Shown here: piece by piece, positions 23,801 to 36,230 of the stretch
Position numbering within the stretch: the first letter of the stretch is position 1
How the letters are laid out: each line of letters begins with the position of its first letter
Assembly (NCBI RefSeq): GCF_052425735.1
Contig: NC_135759.1
Span: forward strand, 41,664,001-41,728,000
Origin: Oculina patagonica
Lineage: Eukaryota
Direction of reading: 5' to 3'
Length of the DNA stretch: 64,000 nt
Position numbers and translations under genes: made by a program
Notes under the pieces: model-generated
Told to the model about the DNA's origin: nothing
Seen by the model: the letters and a program-made list of their open reading frames with translations, nothing else
Database searches by the model: none

Positions 23801-26580
23801 TGCTAAGCAAGAAAATCAATGGCACTCATTCACCCTGTAACAACCACACTGCACTCTGTTCACAAGTCACAAACTTAGATCCACGTTTTCCCCTTGTTGC
23901 CCTGTAAGTCAATCAATAAGCACCTTATCTCATCTCAGAGTTGTCTCTTGCTTCTTTTATGTACATGCCCAAAACTGCAAGTCAATTTTTCCAGATACTA
24001 GATTATCTTAATTCAAATTTTTTTAATGATAATTTTCTTTCTTTTTAAGGCGGAAAAAATGAATTGGATTGACAATAATTTGTTTTCACTGTATTTCATA
24101 CCAGTTTATGTAAATTTTGAAAATTCAAATGAAATTATGAAGTTATGAAAGCTGGTAAACCTGTATTTAACTAATGTCACTTTTGAGAGAACCAACTCAA
24201 TTCAAAGTATACACCAAGACACTTCTTGTTTAACTTTTCCAAGATCTTGATGCAGGTTATATCAAAATGCCAAAAGTGTAAATAGCCCATTTATTTTTCA
24301 AGGTGGATAGGAAGAAAAGGAAGAAAAAAGGAAGTTAGAAAAAGCTGCAAAACAACCAGTTAACACAATTACCACTTTTAAAAGAATACCATTTTTGAGG
24401 ATCTAAATATATGCACAGTTAATAAAGTAATATTTTCACCTGGCAAAACATCATCTGCTATGAAAATGGCAATAAAATGTGTGAAAACCTTTTTGATGTA
24501 ACGAGTAAATTTGCGTGGCCGGTGAACCAAGCGAACATGAATAAAGTGAAACTGTCTATAAAGTTAACAAGACACACTGAATTTATTCATTACATGAAGT
24601 CAACCATGTAATGTAGATGTGTTTGAAGCATGCGCTTGTGAACACCTGACGAACAGGAAGATCCATAAATTGCCCTTAATTTTACGGCAGGTATGTATCA
24701 ATGACTTAGTTTAGATGTTGGTCACAAAATTTAAGGTTTTACAGCCGTAAAACTCCCAGGGAGGGTGGGGCTAATGCCAGTAAGCATGTTCACTCGCATT
24801 ATCATATCTTCTATTTGACTTGAACAAAGGCTGAATGGAAACATTTTTCATGACATATAATAAAAATATGCTTTAATCGCTCATTTTAATAAGTCCTACA
24901 CTAAAGTTTGACTTGACGAGAAAACGACTAAAAACGGCGCAAACGTCTATCTAAACAAATTATTCCACCAGCTCAATACTTGAAGTGAACGAAAATAAAA
25001 TACGGTTATTTTATTTACCAAGCATGGCGCGTTAAAATATTAAAATTATCGCAAATTCGAGGGGGAGAATCTAAATCTCTAAAAAACTGTTTTGCGTTAA
25101 TTTCGCCACCGTCTAACCGTCTTAGATTCGTTAAAATCGATCAAGCGAAAAAGAATTTTCGTCTCGGAAAAAGATCTCGTCATGCATCGAAAACTATTAT
25201 AAACAAGGAAAAACAAACCGATCATTTTCTAAAAAAGAATCCATGCAAATTTGAGATTGCTTTCATGCTGTCTCGCCTTTCATGTCGATCAAAGGTTTTT
25301 TACGCATAATTTCAGGAGATTGTAAAAGTAACACGCGCCGATGTTTAGATCAGAAGAGGCCCGATCAAGCGAACAATATCAAGAAAGCAACGAGGTATGG
25401 CTGTGATGCCTGCGACAAAACAACAACAAAGCAAAGACAAGCAGAGCCTTATCTCCGAACCATTAAAGTGCCAAAGAATAATTTTACATTTAAATTCTCG
25501 CCAAAATGTCTTCTCAGTGTTAACAGATCTCTTACCTAAAGTTCCTAGAGAATTTGAACCGAGATACGAATTGGCAAAGCCGGATCCTTTGCGGGAAATA
25601 AAGTCGCTCTCGACATCGTCGATTGTGCTGTATACACCGTGACTATCTGTGTGATATCCCTGAAAAGAACAAAAAAGCGAATATAAAAATAAGTGAAATT
25701 AAAAGGCGATCGGTCATATGTAGTTATATTTATTCAGTCGTTCAGGTTTTGCTCAATGAAGTGTTAAAAATGCTGAGTTGCAAAGAAACATCATTCATCG
25801 GGCACGGCTTCGCTAACATACACGGCTATAAGAGCCACTTGTTAGTAAAATATTTTGCATCTTTATAAAGTAACAAATTATCGCTCAAAAATATAGAGTT
25901 TCCGTTTGGGCACGTGCGGCATTAGTGGTTCTAATTTTGAACAAATGTTCCTGTTGACATGTAAAGCGAGTTTTACGCGACTTTTGTTTTGAACATTTGT
26001 TTTAATTTCCAAGCGCATAAAACATGGCAAATTTAGCTGTATTCACAGCTTACCCGAGCTTCGTAGGCCGACACTGAACTGGCCTGCCACGTGGGTGTCT
26101 CATCCAAAGAACCTACAAAAGAAAAAATAAAACAGAGCCATCAAACTCAACATTTTTACGTCTTGGAAGCAGAGAAGCATATGCGATTGAATCAAGAACC
26201 GGTTCGAGGTACTCTAGTACGAGTAGCAGGTTCTATCAGCTCTATACAGCAAGTTTAATTCATGGCGAACGACAGACAAACAAAACGCAAAGGGCACCTG
26301 TTCGAGATGCGTGCATGGAACTCGATAACCCAGCTTCCGTCAGAGAGCCACTAGATTTACTGCCGACCATGGATCCCGGCGGCGAGAACATCTGAGCAAA
26401 AAAAAATTGCCAACACACAAAGCAAACACGATCGTTAATAAAGTGCAGACAACAGCGCTCGCTAATCGCAACATCAAGTGAAGTTGCGAATGCAAGTGTG
26501 TCAGAAATTTTCCAACTTATACTAACCGCGCTAAAGTCTAGTAGATCGCTCAGTTCCTTATCTCCCGTGTGCGGATTCAT
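96..26580 (-). CDS. TCF12: Class I bHLH E-protein (daughterless / TCF3-TCF4-TCF12 ortholog), multi-exon, 3' end unresolved at window edge
   Basis: Manually spliced GT-AG exons with consistent phases: 26580-26527, 26391-26298, 26112-26054, 25659-25536, 22838-22807, 21316-21259, 12281-12238, 10045-9940, 7581-7469, 5993-5840, 5629-5559, 5250-5151, 4656-4568, 4142-3918, 2741-2624, 1932-1698, [1197-1095 or 1043-956], 532-475, 266-96. Diagnostic motifs: AD1 [48 protein letters not shown]2 [15 protein letters not shown], b[70 protein letters not shown]. The symbol is nominal: invertebrates have a single co-ortholog of TCF3/4/12. Confidence 0.95.
956..1043 (-). CDS. E-protein alternative bHLH helix1-loop exon B (canonical loop)
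   Basis: ttattacAG acceptor, GTAACA donor, 88 nt, phase 2 to 0; encodes (R)[29 protein letters not shown]. Confidence 0.9.
1095..1197 (-). CDS. E-protein alternative bHLH helix1-loop exon A (long loop)
   Basis: ccttgcAG acceptor, GTGAGG donor, 103 nt, phase 2 to 0; encodes (R)[34 protein letters not shown]. Confidence 0.85.
1366..1413 (-). mobile_element. 5'-truncated RTE-like non-LTR retroposon 3' tip
   Basis: Minus-strand hairpin TCCTCAT..ATGAGGA followed by a TAAGG-type tail; flanked by a 14-bp near-perfect direct repeat (1352-1365 / 1414-1427). Confidence 0.45.
1990..2295 (+). mobile_element. Degenerate tRNA-derived SINE (Nin-domain-like) with a small nested inverted-repeat insert at about 2192-2258
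   Basis: TGTGTTGTGTTCTTG..AAGACACTTTACTCTCACAGTGCCTCTCTCCAC..GTGTACAAATGGGTA core; similar to the reverse complement of 44725-45045. Confidence 0.55.
2757..3075. repeat. Three imperfect tandem copies of a ~105-bp unit
   Basis: Repeated CAATCAATACA..CATCTCAAGCGAATATTATGAGG..ACTCTG..CCAATCA.GAGA.GCCAT. Confidence 0.75.
3205..3688. mobile_element. hAT-like MITE (CAGGGCTCGAGACTAAC TIR, 5-bp TSD CGTGG) nested in an older palindromic repeat
   Basis: Perfect 17-bp TIRs; CGTGG at 3200-3204 and 3689-3693; subterminal GGCTAGT/ACTAGCC motifs. Confidence 0.8.
4290..4546. mobile_element. PIF/Harbinger-like MITE (TGCACCTATCAATGTT TIR, TAA TSD)
   Basis: TIRs and TAA on both flanks; a second family member lies at 62423-62705. 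Confidence 0.75.
8298..8466. repeat. Long inverted repeat / fold-back
   Basis: Perfect 40-bp arms 8298-8337 / 8427-8466, plus an imperfect ~30-bp inner stem 8363-8427. Confidence 0.85.
11628..12197. mobile_element. Tc1/mariner-pogo-like MITE (TA-CAGTCAACTCTCTCT TIR)
   Basis: TIRs with TA duplication; repeated subterminal ACGGACACCTCT.TAAG motifs. Confidence 0.85.
15980..16961. mobile_element. Non-autonomous AcademH-type DNA transposon
   Basis: TAG..CTA termini, 104-bp TIRs with 1 mismatch, perfect 9-bp TSD CACTTTTGT (15971-15979 / 16962-16970). Confidence 0.88.
17568..18006. mobile_element. MITE with CAGAGATTCCAACCCT TIRs
   Basis: 16-bp terminal inverted repeats; TSD not evident. Confidence 0.6.
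20717..20889. mobile_element. Short Tc1/pogo-like MITE
   Basis: TACAGTTGAACCCC..GGAGTTCTACTGTA imperfect TIRs; a related end occurs at 61610. Confidence 0.65.
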
Positions 26581-26899
26581 TCGTCAAAGTGTTCCAGTGT
26601 AAAGCGCTCCGTCCGTAGAAGAAATCGCAAAGACCTTCTATGAATGCACGCAGGCTCGAGATGAGTCGATTTTGAATAATAAGCTCAACCACACAAAAAA
26701 TCCTCAAAACTTCAGCTCAATCGCTAACAAAGGCAACGCGCCGAACTTTCCGTCGATCGTTTTACCAAGCTGACAGACCGCACTCAGCCAAAATATTTCT
26801 GGGTTTTTAACGGTTTTCCATGCGCGTTCAGCGCGGGGGGAATTTCCGCGAACACAACTCAACAACTTGCTTTACAAATTTCCTCTAATTCGCGTGGCT

Positions 26900-27130
26900 T
26901 CGTTTTCTCCATATTCCCAAGTTTAACCGGCCCAACTCTCCGGGGAGGGGACTAAAAATAATAATTGACAGCTTATTGTTGCTTTCATCATGGCAATTAT
27001 TAGTCTTGACAGATCCAATTATGTTTCGACCAATCATACGCTTTGTTAGAAAATCAACCCTGCCCACGTGACCACTACACGTGATTATTAAACCCAAACA
27101 AAGTCACAGAGCATTGTGATTGGCTGATTT
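26900..27130 (-). promoter_or_regulatory. Putative proximal promoter of the E-protein gene
   Basis: CpG-richer region 300-550 bp upstream of the ATG, with CCAAT at 27015 and 27030, ATTGG at 27119, and two CACGTG E-boxes (27065, 27078). Confidence 0.45.
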
Positions 27131-29591
27131 AAGACGTTATTGAAGCAAACTTTTTCTCTGTTTAGGATGCAAAATATCAATGGAAGAAAAAATATTCCTT
27201 CCAAGCTGAAAAAAATTATCGCATTTCACTCTCAGAGCTAAAATTTTCATCAACAGCGTTCCCTTTTTGCCGGTATAATAAATTTTGGTTGCAGCGAGGT
27301 TATTCCCATGTTTCGCGGTTTTGTTGTTGTAAATTGTGGCTCAAATACAGGAAATATAAAATATCTTATTTCCGGTTCTCGTTAGCGGTAAAAAATGTAT
27401 ATAGAAACGTCTTCGTTGAAAGCTCCAAACAATGATTCTCCAGCAAAATTATTCTCTCGTCTTCGTTCAATTACTTAAGACAATTGCGTCTTACTCTTTT
27501 GCCCATAATTTTCATTTAAGTGTCACATGTAATCCCATTGTTTAGATCCGCTTACACTTACCCAAGAAGGATTAAGGTTCGATCTTTTAATCTTTCCTTT
27601 CAAGAAAAAAATACTTTTTTGCTAACCTCATTTTTCAGTCATTCACATAATAGCCGTTTGGATGTTATTGAAAATTTGCATATCCACGGTAAACTTCGCT
27701 CAAAATTTGCATAATGTTGACAAGCCACGTATTAGTGAAACGTGAAAGAAATACATTCAAAACCAAGCATTATTTCAAAATCACCGAAATATATTTTCGC
27801 GCTGGAAATTTCTCTTTCTGGACGCTATATTTCTTGTGTCTATTGTAGGGATAAAATTTGCCTCCGCGAAACTTTTACTCAATTACGTGACATCATAACA
27901 ATTGTTTTGTCATGGCATCATTTCTTTGTGAACACAAGTAGCTTTTGATCCGAACCACTTACTAAATGTTCCTCAAGCCCACAAAATATCAACATATCGT
28001 ATGTTTGTTTAAATCTACGGCAAATCACAAGAAGAGCAATTTCAAATCACGAGCTTTATGCCGCCATCGCTGCGTGCGCTAAGATGGGAAATGAAAAACA
28101 TTGAGCACAAAAAAGTTCTCTCACACATGATAAATGCTATACGATGCAAAAAATATGACAAATCTCAACTAGGATGGCTATTATAATAAATAAACTGCGC
28201 GAAGATTTTTAATATTGTCATGTTTGTGCATGTCGTGTGCCCTTCGACTTTTCGTTTTTTCACTCTATTATGTTCCGCTGTAACCCTACAGACAGTCCTT
28301 TCGGCAGGTTACGAAGAAAAGTTTCGTTATTGTAAACCGGGATCACGTTTATTAAATTTTAAATATAAATGCACCTCGAGGATGTCGTATAGACTAATCG
28401 AACTCAAACATTTCCTTTTCTAGAAGTTTTTACCACTAAATAAACTGATAATTCACCAACTTAGCGTTGGCGTTTACTAGACATAAAATTGGTACTTGTT
28501 TTATCGCTAAAACGTGCGCACTTTTAAATTGCAGCGCATTGGATTTAAGTGATACAACGAATTTACGAGATCGATTAAGATTAAAATTTCATGATATGTA
28601 CTCTTGATTTAGACTATTACGTGTAATGCATAGTAAAAAAAAAATAATGCACTGTCTATATTTTTATCTTTTCACAGTTGTGAGAGTAAATGTACGTTGG
28701 AAAAACGCCGGGTCAATTTAAAAAGACGTCACACCGCCTACCGCCTTCTAAACGTTTTTGTAGCAAACGTCACTGCGTGGTTTTCCATTTAAGCGCGAAC
28801 GTGCCAAGGTTCTAACCGAGTCCTAATCAAAAGTAACTTAATTGGCTTTTTGCGAAAAGGAAACGCGCGCTGTGCCTCTGCACGGAAAGTGCGTGGAAAC
28901 TGGAAAGTGGGGATTTTGCGAACACGAATTACGACGTAAAGGTCTTTAAGGGCTTTTCAACCCATCAAGAGCTTTCCGGAACCATGTCAAGGGATAAGCT
29001 ATAGTGTTTAGGTAATTTTAGGAATATGCATTCCCTGTTTAAAGTCAAGTTTACATTATGATCGCTGGTAATCATTCACGATCTTTAAATCACGAAAATT
29101 TTGGAAACCTCGACCCAAATTGAAATTAGTCGATTATATTCGATTTCTAGGCAGTAATGAATGAAATAAAGCATGGGTAGGAGAGAGGTTCAGTTAACGA
29201 GTTTAAGGCAAATCAAACGGCAAAATCAAGCAGTTGCGAGCCACGATGATCACTTCAAAATCGGCCTTAACTGCAGTAAAGACGACTTTATTAAGTCAAT
29301 TTGTGAAATGTTCAGTTCTAGCCTCGAAAGTTAAAATCATTCTTGTACCCCGTATTTCCAAGGATTTTAAACAACGCTATAGCTGTTTGTAAGCAACATC
29401 CGCCTGAGACACGCTTGACAGCCAATCAGATCGAGCATTATTCAGTTAAACGTATAGTTAATATTTCATATTTAATAGTATTTGCCAAAATCTGTCCACT
29501 CAGGCTTACGACGTATCTACGAACACTTCCTTGCTGTAATAACATTGTAGTTAAAACTTTGTTCAACAAAAAAGTTGGATTCTGAAAGGTA

Positions 29592-29963
29592 CACCGTATT
29601 TATTCGATTAAACGCCTCCCTCGAATAAACACCGCCCTCGAATATACGCCGCATTTTAGAGCAGAAATATTAATAAACGCCGCATCACACGATGCGGCGT
29701 TTATTTGTATAATAGACTCAAAAAGCAAATGCGGTAACTATCAAGTTTGAGCGAGCCTAAAATAATTATTTTTTTTGATTGTAACAATGTTTTAAGATAT
29801 TAAAAATGACTTTTGAGACAAGCAAAGTTCAAATGTTCAGTTACCATGCTATCGTTTGCAACAAATAAACTGAATTGTAAATAAACGCCGCCCTCGTATA
29901 AATGCCGCACTGGAATCACCAAAAAATTTAATAAACGCCGCGGCGTTTCGAATAAATACAATA
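29592..29963. mobile_element. MITE with ACCGTATTTATTCGA-type TIRs
   Basis: Imperfect TIRs, repeated ATAAACGCCGC subterminal motifs; related to 49221-49725. Confidence 0.65.
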
Positions 29964-32900
29964 CTGCCAGTCTATAATGTAAATGCTCATTCAATACGAA
30001 CATGAGATATAAAATAGTTAGTGAGGAAAAATGCCTGAACATCTAGCAGTCGGGCACAGCTGCTTTTGTCTCCAGTTGTCAGGATGACGTTGCTACAACC
30101 AGTTGCAAAATAGTTGAGACACTCCCCCCAAATTCAGACAACATTGCTGGGGGGAGGGGACAAAACTGTAAAGGGGAAGAGGGAGAACAGGAGATATCAT
30201 TGTTCAGATGTCTAAAATGACTTCTCCATCTAGAGTGCCTTAACTCTTTTTGAAAATGGTTGTAGCACACCGGTGATAATTTAAGGTTAATACTGGGAAC
30301 ATGATGGGACATGCTGGCAGACTGTGTGGTCCAGCCAAACTGTTTCATTCTCTGTATCAATTTACTTTTATCATTAAACGCTTAACGCTGAATTGTAAAT
30401 TAAGCTGTAAGGGTTTTATTCCTGTATGGTTAACGAAAAACAATAAAATAAACTGCATTTTGCGGTGCAAAAAGTGGTTGAGAAGTCTGTTTGTAAGGCT
30501 AAAATTAATGGCTAACAAGCCGGCGCCCGACACCCTTTTTCACCCTTTTTGAATGTGACGCTAGTCAATCGTAAGTAAACCCTCAGAATTTTTGTTTATT
30601 TTCTCAATCCGATATGCTGGTGTTCTACTGTACTCTCTGAGTTAAGTATTTTGCTTAACAATGCATCGCAAAATCCGCGGCCAGTGCTGAAACCCAAACA
30701 TCTCTAGTCTACCTCACTAACCAATACTGAATAGGCCACCGCGCCTCCAAGTAAAAGGAGGAACTGACTATGAAACTTGATGACTTCGCAAGGCTTTTCT
30801 TAGGAATTCAAGTGCAAGTTAAATACTGTTAAGTTAATGACCTTTCGTTACCTTCGGATCTAGCAGCCGTCTTTTATCATTACTTTCCGAGGGGTCGCTG
30901 CTTTAGCGTAAAAGCAAAAATGTTTTGAATAAAGCTGCGCGGAATTGAAGGAATCAGTTTTTTTTTCCATAGAGAAAAAGAATTTATATAACGGTATGAG
31001 AAGAAAGTAACATTAAAAATGACTTTTTACAAGGCTAAAAATTTGTTCAAAGACTTGTTTGAAGTTGACTAAAAACAAAATTTTAGCCTTGTAAATAGTT
31101 ATTTTAACCTAAAGAGAACATCATGGACAAAGTTACATCGCCTTTTGAATATCTCCATCAACAACAAGCATCACTGATCTGTTAAGTTGGTTAGAGTTTG
31201 CTGTGTGAAGTTTGAGATCGCTACATTCAGAGGATCGCCACTTTCGGGGTATTATATATAGGGGGGCCAAACGAAGATGAGAGTTGACTCTCATGAAAGT
31301 TTTCGCCAACTCCCATCGACTATCATCGACTCGGGCCAACAAAAGAAAATTTATATCTCAGGAAAAAATTTGAGCACGTTCAAAGTCGATGAGAGCGCAT
31401 GAGAGTTGGTGAGAGTGCATGAGATTGTGAAGCCAACCGAGAGAAATTTCAGCCGTCCCTTTGAGTTCTGATTGGCTATTAAAGAGAAAGACAATTTTCA
31501 GGAAACACAGTGCAGAATAAAGGAATGCAGTGCAAACAGGAGCCCAGCTACAACGAAGATTTCCGAATTTAGCCATGGATTGCGAAGATGGCCAGCAAAG
31601 TTCACACGAGACCCCCCCCCCCCTCCCCCCCTATTATCATCGTGGGATTTGAAAGACCTTGAAACTGTTTTGACGGCTTATATCCGAGGCTTACAAAAAC
31701 TGCTTTTTGACGGTAAAAATTGCCCTTTTTTGACGGTTAAATTGCGTGCCGTTTGACGGCTGACGGTTAATCTTATTGAGACACTCCCCTAATGCCTTTC
31801 TGAATGCCAAAGATCATTAGAAGGCTATTCGGAGATTTCCAAAGATCACCCGAAGATTTCCGAGGATCCCCCGAAGGCTTCCGAAGGTAACCCAAATTTT
31901 CGTTTCAAGCGAGTTCCCAGCTTTCAAACTTTCTTATTTCCCTATGTTTGTTTTGTTCTTTTCTTTATCTCCGCTAACTGTAAAATTGATTGTCTTCCAG
32001 GCCCCCGAGTATCTGGCCCTTTCCCCCTCAGATCGTTTTCCCTTTTCTCTGTCTTTCATATATTCTACAGAAATTTCTCCCTTTTTAGTCACCCATCAAG
32101 TAGAAATAGATAAACGAGAGCAAAAAAAAGACCGCCGGGTAGCAAGTGAAAACAAATCTTGACCACAGTTTGCTCTCCGGCGTCCCTTCTCATTCGACAT
32201 ATTCCTTGTTCTCGGCTTTTTAAACTTTTGCAAAACAACTTAGAAAATAAGAGGTAGAAAACAAATTTCGTATACCCTAATCGGTCCCAACACTTTAACG
32301 CCCATTATATTAGCAAGAGGGTTTGAGAAGTGGTATGGAATTCCGGCTGTACATTTTACAATCATCAAAAACATCTTAAATGTAAAAACTCGAAACTCTT
32401 TCCTCGTCTTTTCAACCTGATGAGGATCGTGGGACGACGGCTAAACAGATAATCTTACATACGTTAAAAGATACTAAAATGCCACAAAAATATAAACGAG
32501 TAAACTTACCTCAATCATTAAAAATCTTCATCGGTCTGTGGCTGACACAAACACTGCAAAAACACACTGCTATTGCACAGACTGCATTCTCTGGTCTTGG
32601 CTATCATCTCTTTTTCGTGCCATGTTTGGAGATTCGTCATCTCGCCTCCTTCAGAAAACACGTTTAGCTGAACCTTCATTCAACTTCAGGTTGATAAACA
32701 ACCAAATCCTATTTTACAGTCCCTTTAGTTTTAGTATCAGTATCAGCGAGTGTGAAATAAGCTAAAACTAGTCCTCACTGCTTTGAAATGCCCTCTTTCG
32801 CTCAACTCTTAGGAGTTCATTCACTGGAAACTCTGAACACTACTGAACGCCAAGGTAATCTTCTAAAATAGCTGTGAACTATTAAAATTCGGCTTTCCAT

Positions 32901-34140
32901 TTCTGTTTTTCAAACGGCTTCACGTTAGTTTCTGCCAAAATTTTGTTCTTGAAAGAAGTTCAGCTTCAAGAAGACAAGTCGAGCGGCTGGCGACGACACG
33001 GCCGGCCGAAATGGCGCGAAAATAAACTCATACCCAGTCCCCTTGATAGCCGTCAAAAGATTACACTAACGCTGGGCTTTTATTTGGAAAGGGTTCAGTT
33101 GATTGCTTTGCATTGGCAGTAACCTGAGATCATGCCCTCACTCCCTACTTATAGCCTGCGTAGCATGCACCTGTTTAGATTTTGGGCCCGCACTTGGGAA
33201 ATGCGAAAGGCGACAGACGGCCACGCGAGGGAAAAAGAGAGAATTTCCCTCGCGTGGCCGTCTCGCGCCTTTCGCGTTTCCCAAATGTGCGCTCCAAAAC
33301 AACACGGGCGCCTACTTATCGCTTTCTAAACGCCTGCGGGTTACATTGGTTGGATAGGGGTATACGTCTACCGAATTAAAAAATATTATGTTAGATGCAT
33401 GCAACGCTCTTGTGACCATTGATCTGACTCAAAAAGCCTGGTGTTACTTTTAGTGATTTATGTATGTGTTATAGTTATTAAATTCTCGATTATTGTGGTA
33501 AAAGCGAGATAAAGGTTTTGCCTAATAATATTGTGTACTTTTTCCTAACAAAGTAGTTCCACTGTAACTACAAACGGAGCACCTGGTCGACTCTGGATGT
33601 TTGTCCAAACCAAAGTATTGAAGTGTCCATTGCTAAAGCAAAAAGTCATCGGTGGTGAAAGGGAGGCAAAAAATGACTTGAAATAAAGAACTGTGTGTGA
33701 ATGTGAATGTCAAATTGGACTACCTGAAAAACGTTTAGTCTGTAAAGTCATAAAGGCAATACTTATCAAATCGAGGAATGATAGTTTTGCTTTCCAACAT
33801 TGACGCGATTGAACAGCCTAGCCGATTAAATTTCATTTGTGGAACCGCAAAATGCCGATCATAATCAATCTTGAAGAGGGGGGGGGGGGGGGGACGTGGG
33901 GAGGGCTCTGGGTCATTATATTGTATGAAATTAATTTGGAGAAACGTTGTGCCCGTGAGAGCATTAATTTATTCCGCAAAGTTAGTTTGGGTAGGTCTCC
34001 TTTTATCCTACATGTGAACTCCATTTGACCTCCTTTAATGAAAGTTAGAAATTTCTACTGATTGTTTTAAAGCAGAAATTCGTACGTTTTTCTGTAAATA
34101 ATGCGTGTGAAACAAGGACAGAAAATATATATATGAGAGG

Positions 34141-34325
34141 GGAGGCAGCGTGGCCGAATGGTTCTGGGCCCTGGGATTTCAGGAGGTCCTAGGCTCAACA
34201 CCTCCACCCTGCCACTAGCAGCTGGATACTGTGATTTTCTCGGTGGTCCCGAGCCCGGCGGGGTCCCGAGTTCAAATCCTCGGTCACTCTTTGTGTATAG
34301 CCAACTGGTCTTTTGCTTAACCATT
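34141..34325 (+). mobile_element. tRNA-derived SINE
   Basis: GGAGGCAGCGTGGCCGAATGGTT A-box head, second tRNA-like GGTCCCGAGTTCAAATCC segment, TAGCCAACTGGT body; not a cloverleaf. Confidence 0.6.
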
Positions 34326-35896
34326 TTATGGTCGTTTTAAAATATCTGTTCCTTCTGTTTCAAGACTTTCAGTGGCATGCCTGGAAAACTAGCTATCTCA
34401 ATGGCAAGTGCAAGACCACTTCATAAAGTTTACTTCCTGTTATAACTATGAAATGAAACAACTATAGCTTTAAAAAATATACTTGCAACCTTTTGTTTTA
34501 CTTCTAATTCGCTTATATCTATTGTTTTTAGCCTTCACGATTTTACAAACCTTTTGAGAAAGATTGCTTATACTCGTGTACTTATTAATAACGGACCTGG
34601 AGATATTAAGGTTTAATATATCAAACATGACAAGGCTTTCTAATTAGTAGCTCTTTAGTATTCGTATTCTTTTATACTTGATAAACATTTATCGCAACTT
34701 AAATTAGGTATTTATAATGAAAAACGCCTCCACGTGCAATTAATTATCAATTACACAGTATTCTACACCAGGTGGATTTTTTTAATCTAAATTGTTTTTA
34801 GCGACTCATTATGTCGCAATACACGCAATGAATAATACTAGAACAGAAAAAACCCGAGATCAACTGAAAAAAAATAATTAAAGCGGGTTCGTTCTTTAAA
34901 TGATTTGACATCCTCGAACATATGGGTTCAAACTTCTTGAGAAAACTTCTTTTTGAAAAAGAAGTTTCCTCTCCTCAAATAGAGCTGTGTTTCTGGCTGA
35001 ATTCCACGCCAGGGTATTTTAAATACAGGATATTTTAATTTGAAAGAGTGCTTGAACGTTTTAATAAACATTCTGCCTCCGTGCGGAAGAGATGTAACAC
35101 GCTCTCGGTAAATGGTAGGTAATGGTGTAAAATGATAAAACAATATTGCACAAGGAAAAAGATATATAACAATGAGTTATTTCTCTTCCCGTGATGAAAA
35201 TACACCTTTTAAACAATACTAGTTGTTTGGTTTTGATAATCGGGCACGTGCCGAAATTAAACTACATCCACGCAATTTTCTTGCTGAGCGCGTGAGTCCC
35301 CATTAATTTGCGTGCGGCGTGGATTGTCGTTTTCTTTTCGATAGCCGCAATTTGTAAACCGGTTAATATATCGTGACAGGTGGGAAGTCAAGAAAACTTT
35401 TATTATAACATTTCATGAACTGCATTTTGCTGAAAATTAATTCCTTGTTAGACAGGTGTGAAGTTAATGCAAATTCAGAAAATTACACGGAACTACTACG
35501 CACAAAGGACAAGGCAAATGACTCTATACCAGACACGACTTGCCTTTAAAAGGTTTTAAACTGCAAAATCAACGTCAAAACCGCAACCTCAAATAAAAGA
35601 AATAATCAAGTTAATGCAGTGCCACTCAATGAGATGAATTACTGGTGTTTTTTTTTTTCGTAATGAGAACAACAGTACACCTAGCTTTAGAAAATTAGAC
35701 TAAAATTGCTTTGTTCATTGTACGGGTGGCTTTGTAAGTGACGTCAATTGAAGTCATTCAGTTAAACGGTTTATCGCGTGCCCACGTGTTTTGCACGTGT
35801 TTTTAATAAAAACCGCGTCAAACAGGTGGACTAGAGATTAAATGGATGCTCTTTTAGGACGCTTCCCGCAAATTCTATCACTTTCAGGTCATCGAA

Positions 35897-36230
35897 TACA
35901 GTAAAATGAACCCGAGAGTAAGAACCTATTATTTTTCAGGTTAGCCTAAACAGGTTCTTGGGTTGTTAACAAAAATTTTAGGCTAATTAAGTTCTAAACA
36001 GGTTTCTTTGAAGAAAAAATTTCAATATTGTTATAGAGATTTTAGTGGTATTCGGCCTATTCCGGCCTATAAAATTTGCATACCAAGTAAGTGCTCATGT
36101 AAAAATGAAGCACTTAATGCACAGTAATGCTTTGTCCAAACTTATTTCCCAAAGGTAAACATTTTTAATCAATCTTAGAAACTTTTAGCCTAACAGGTTC
36201 TTAGGTTCTTACTCGCCGGTTTTTACTGTA
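35897..36230. mobile_element. Tc1/pogo-like MITE
   Basis: TACAGTAAAA..GAGTAAGAACCT / AGGTTCTTACTC..TTTTACTGTA termini. Confidence 0.7.

Noticed and set aside
24440-24457. Possible 15/18-nt microexon with a NAGNAG acceptor
   Set aside because: Weak GTGAAA donor and no homology; could occur by chance.
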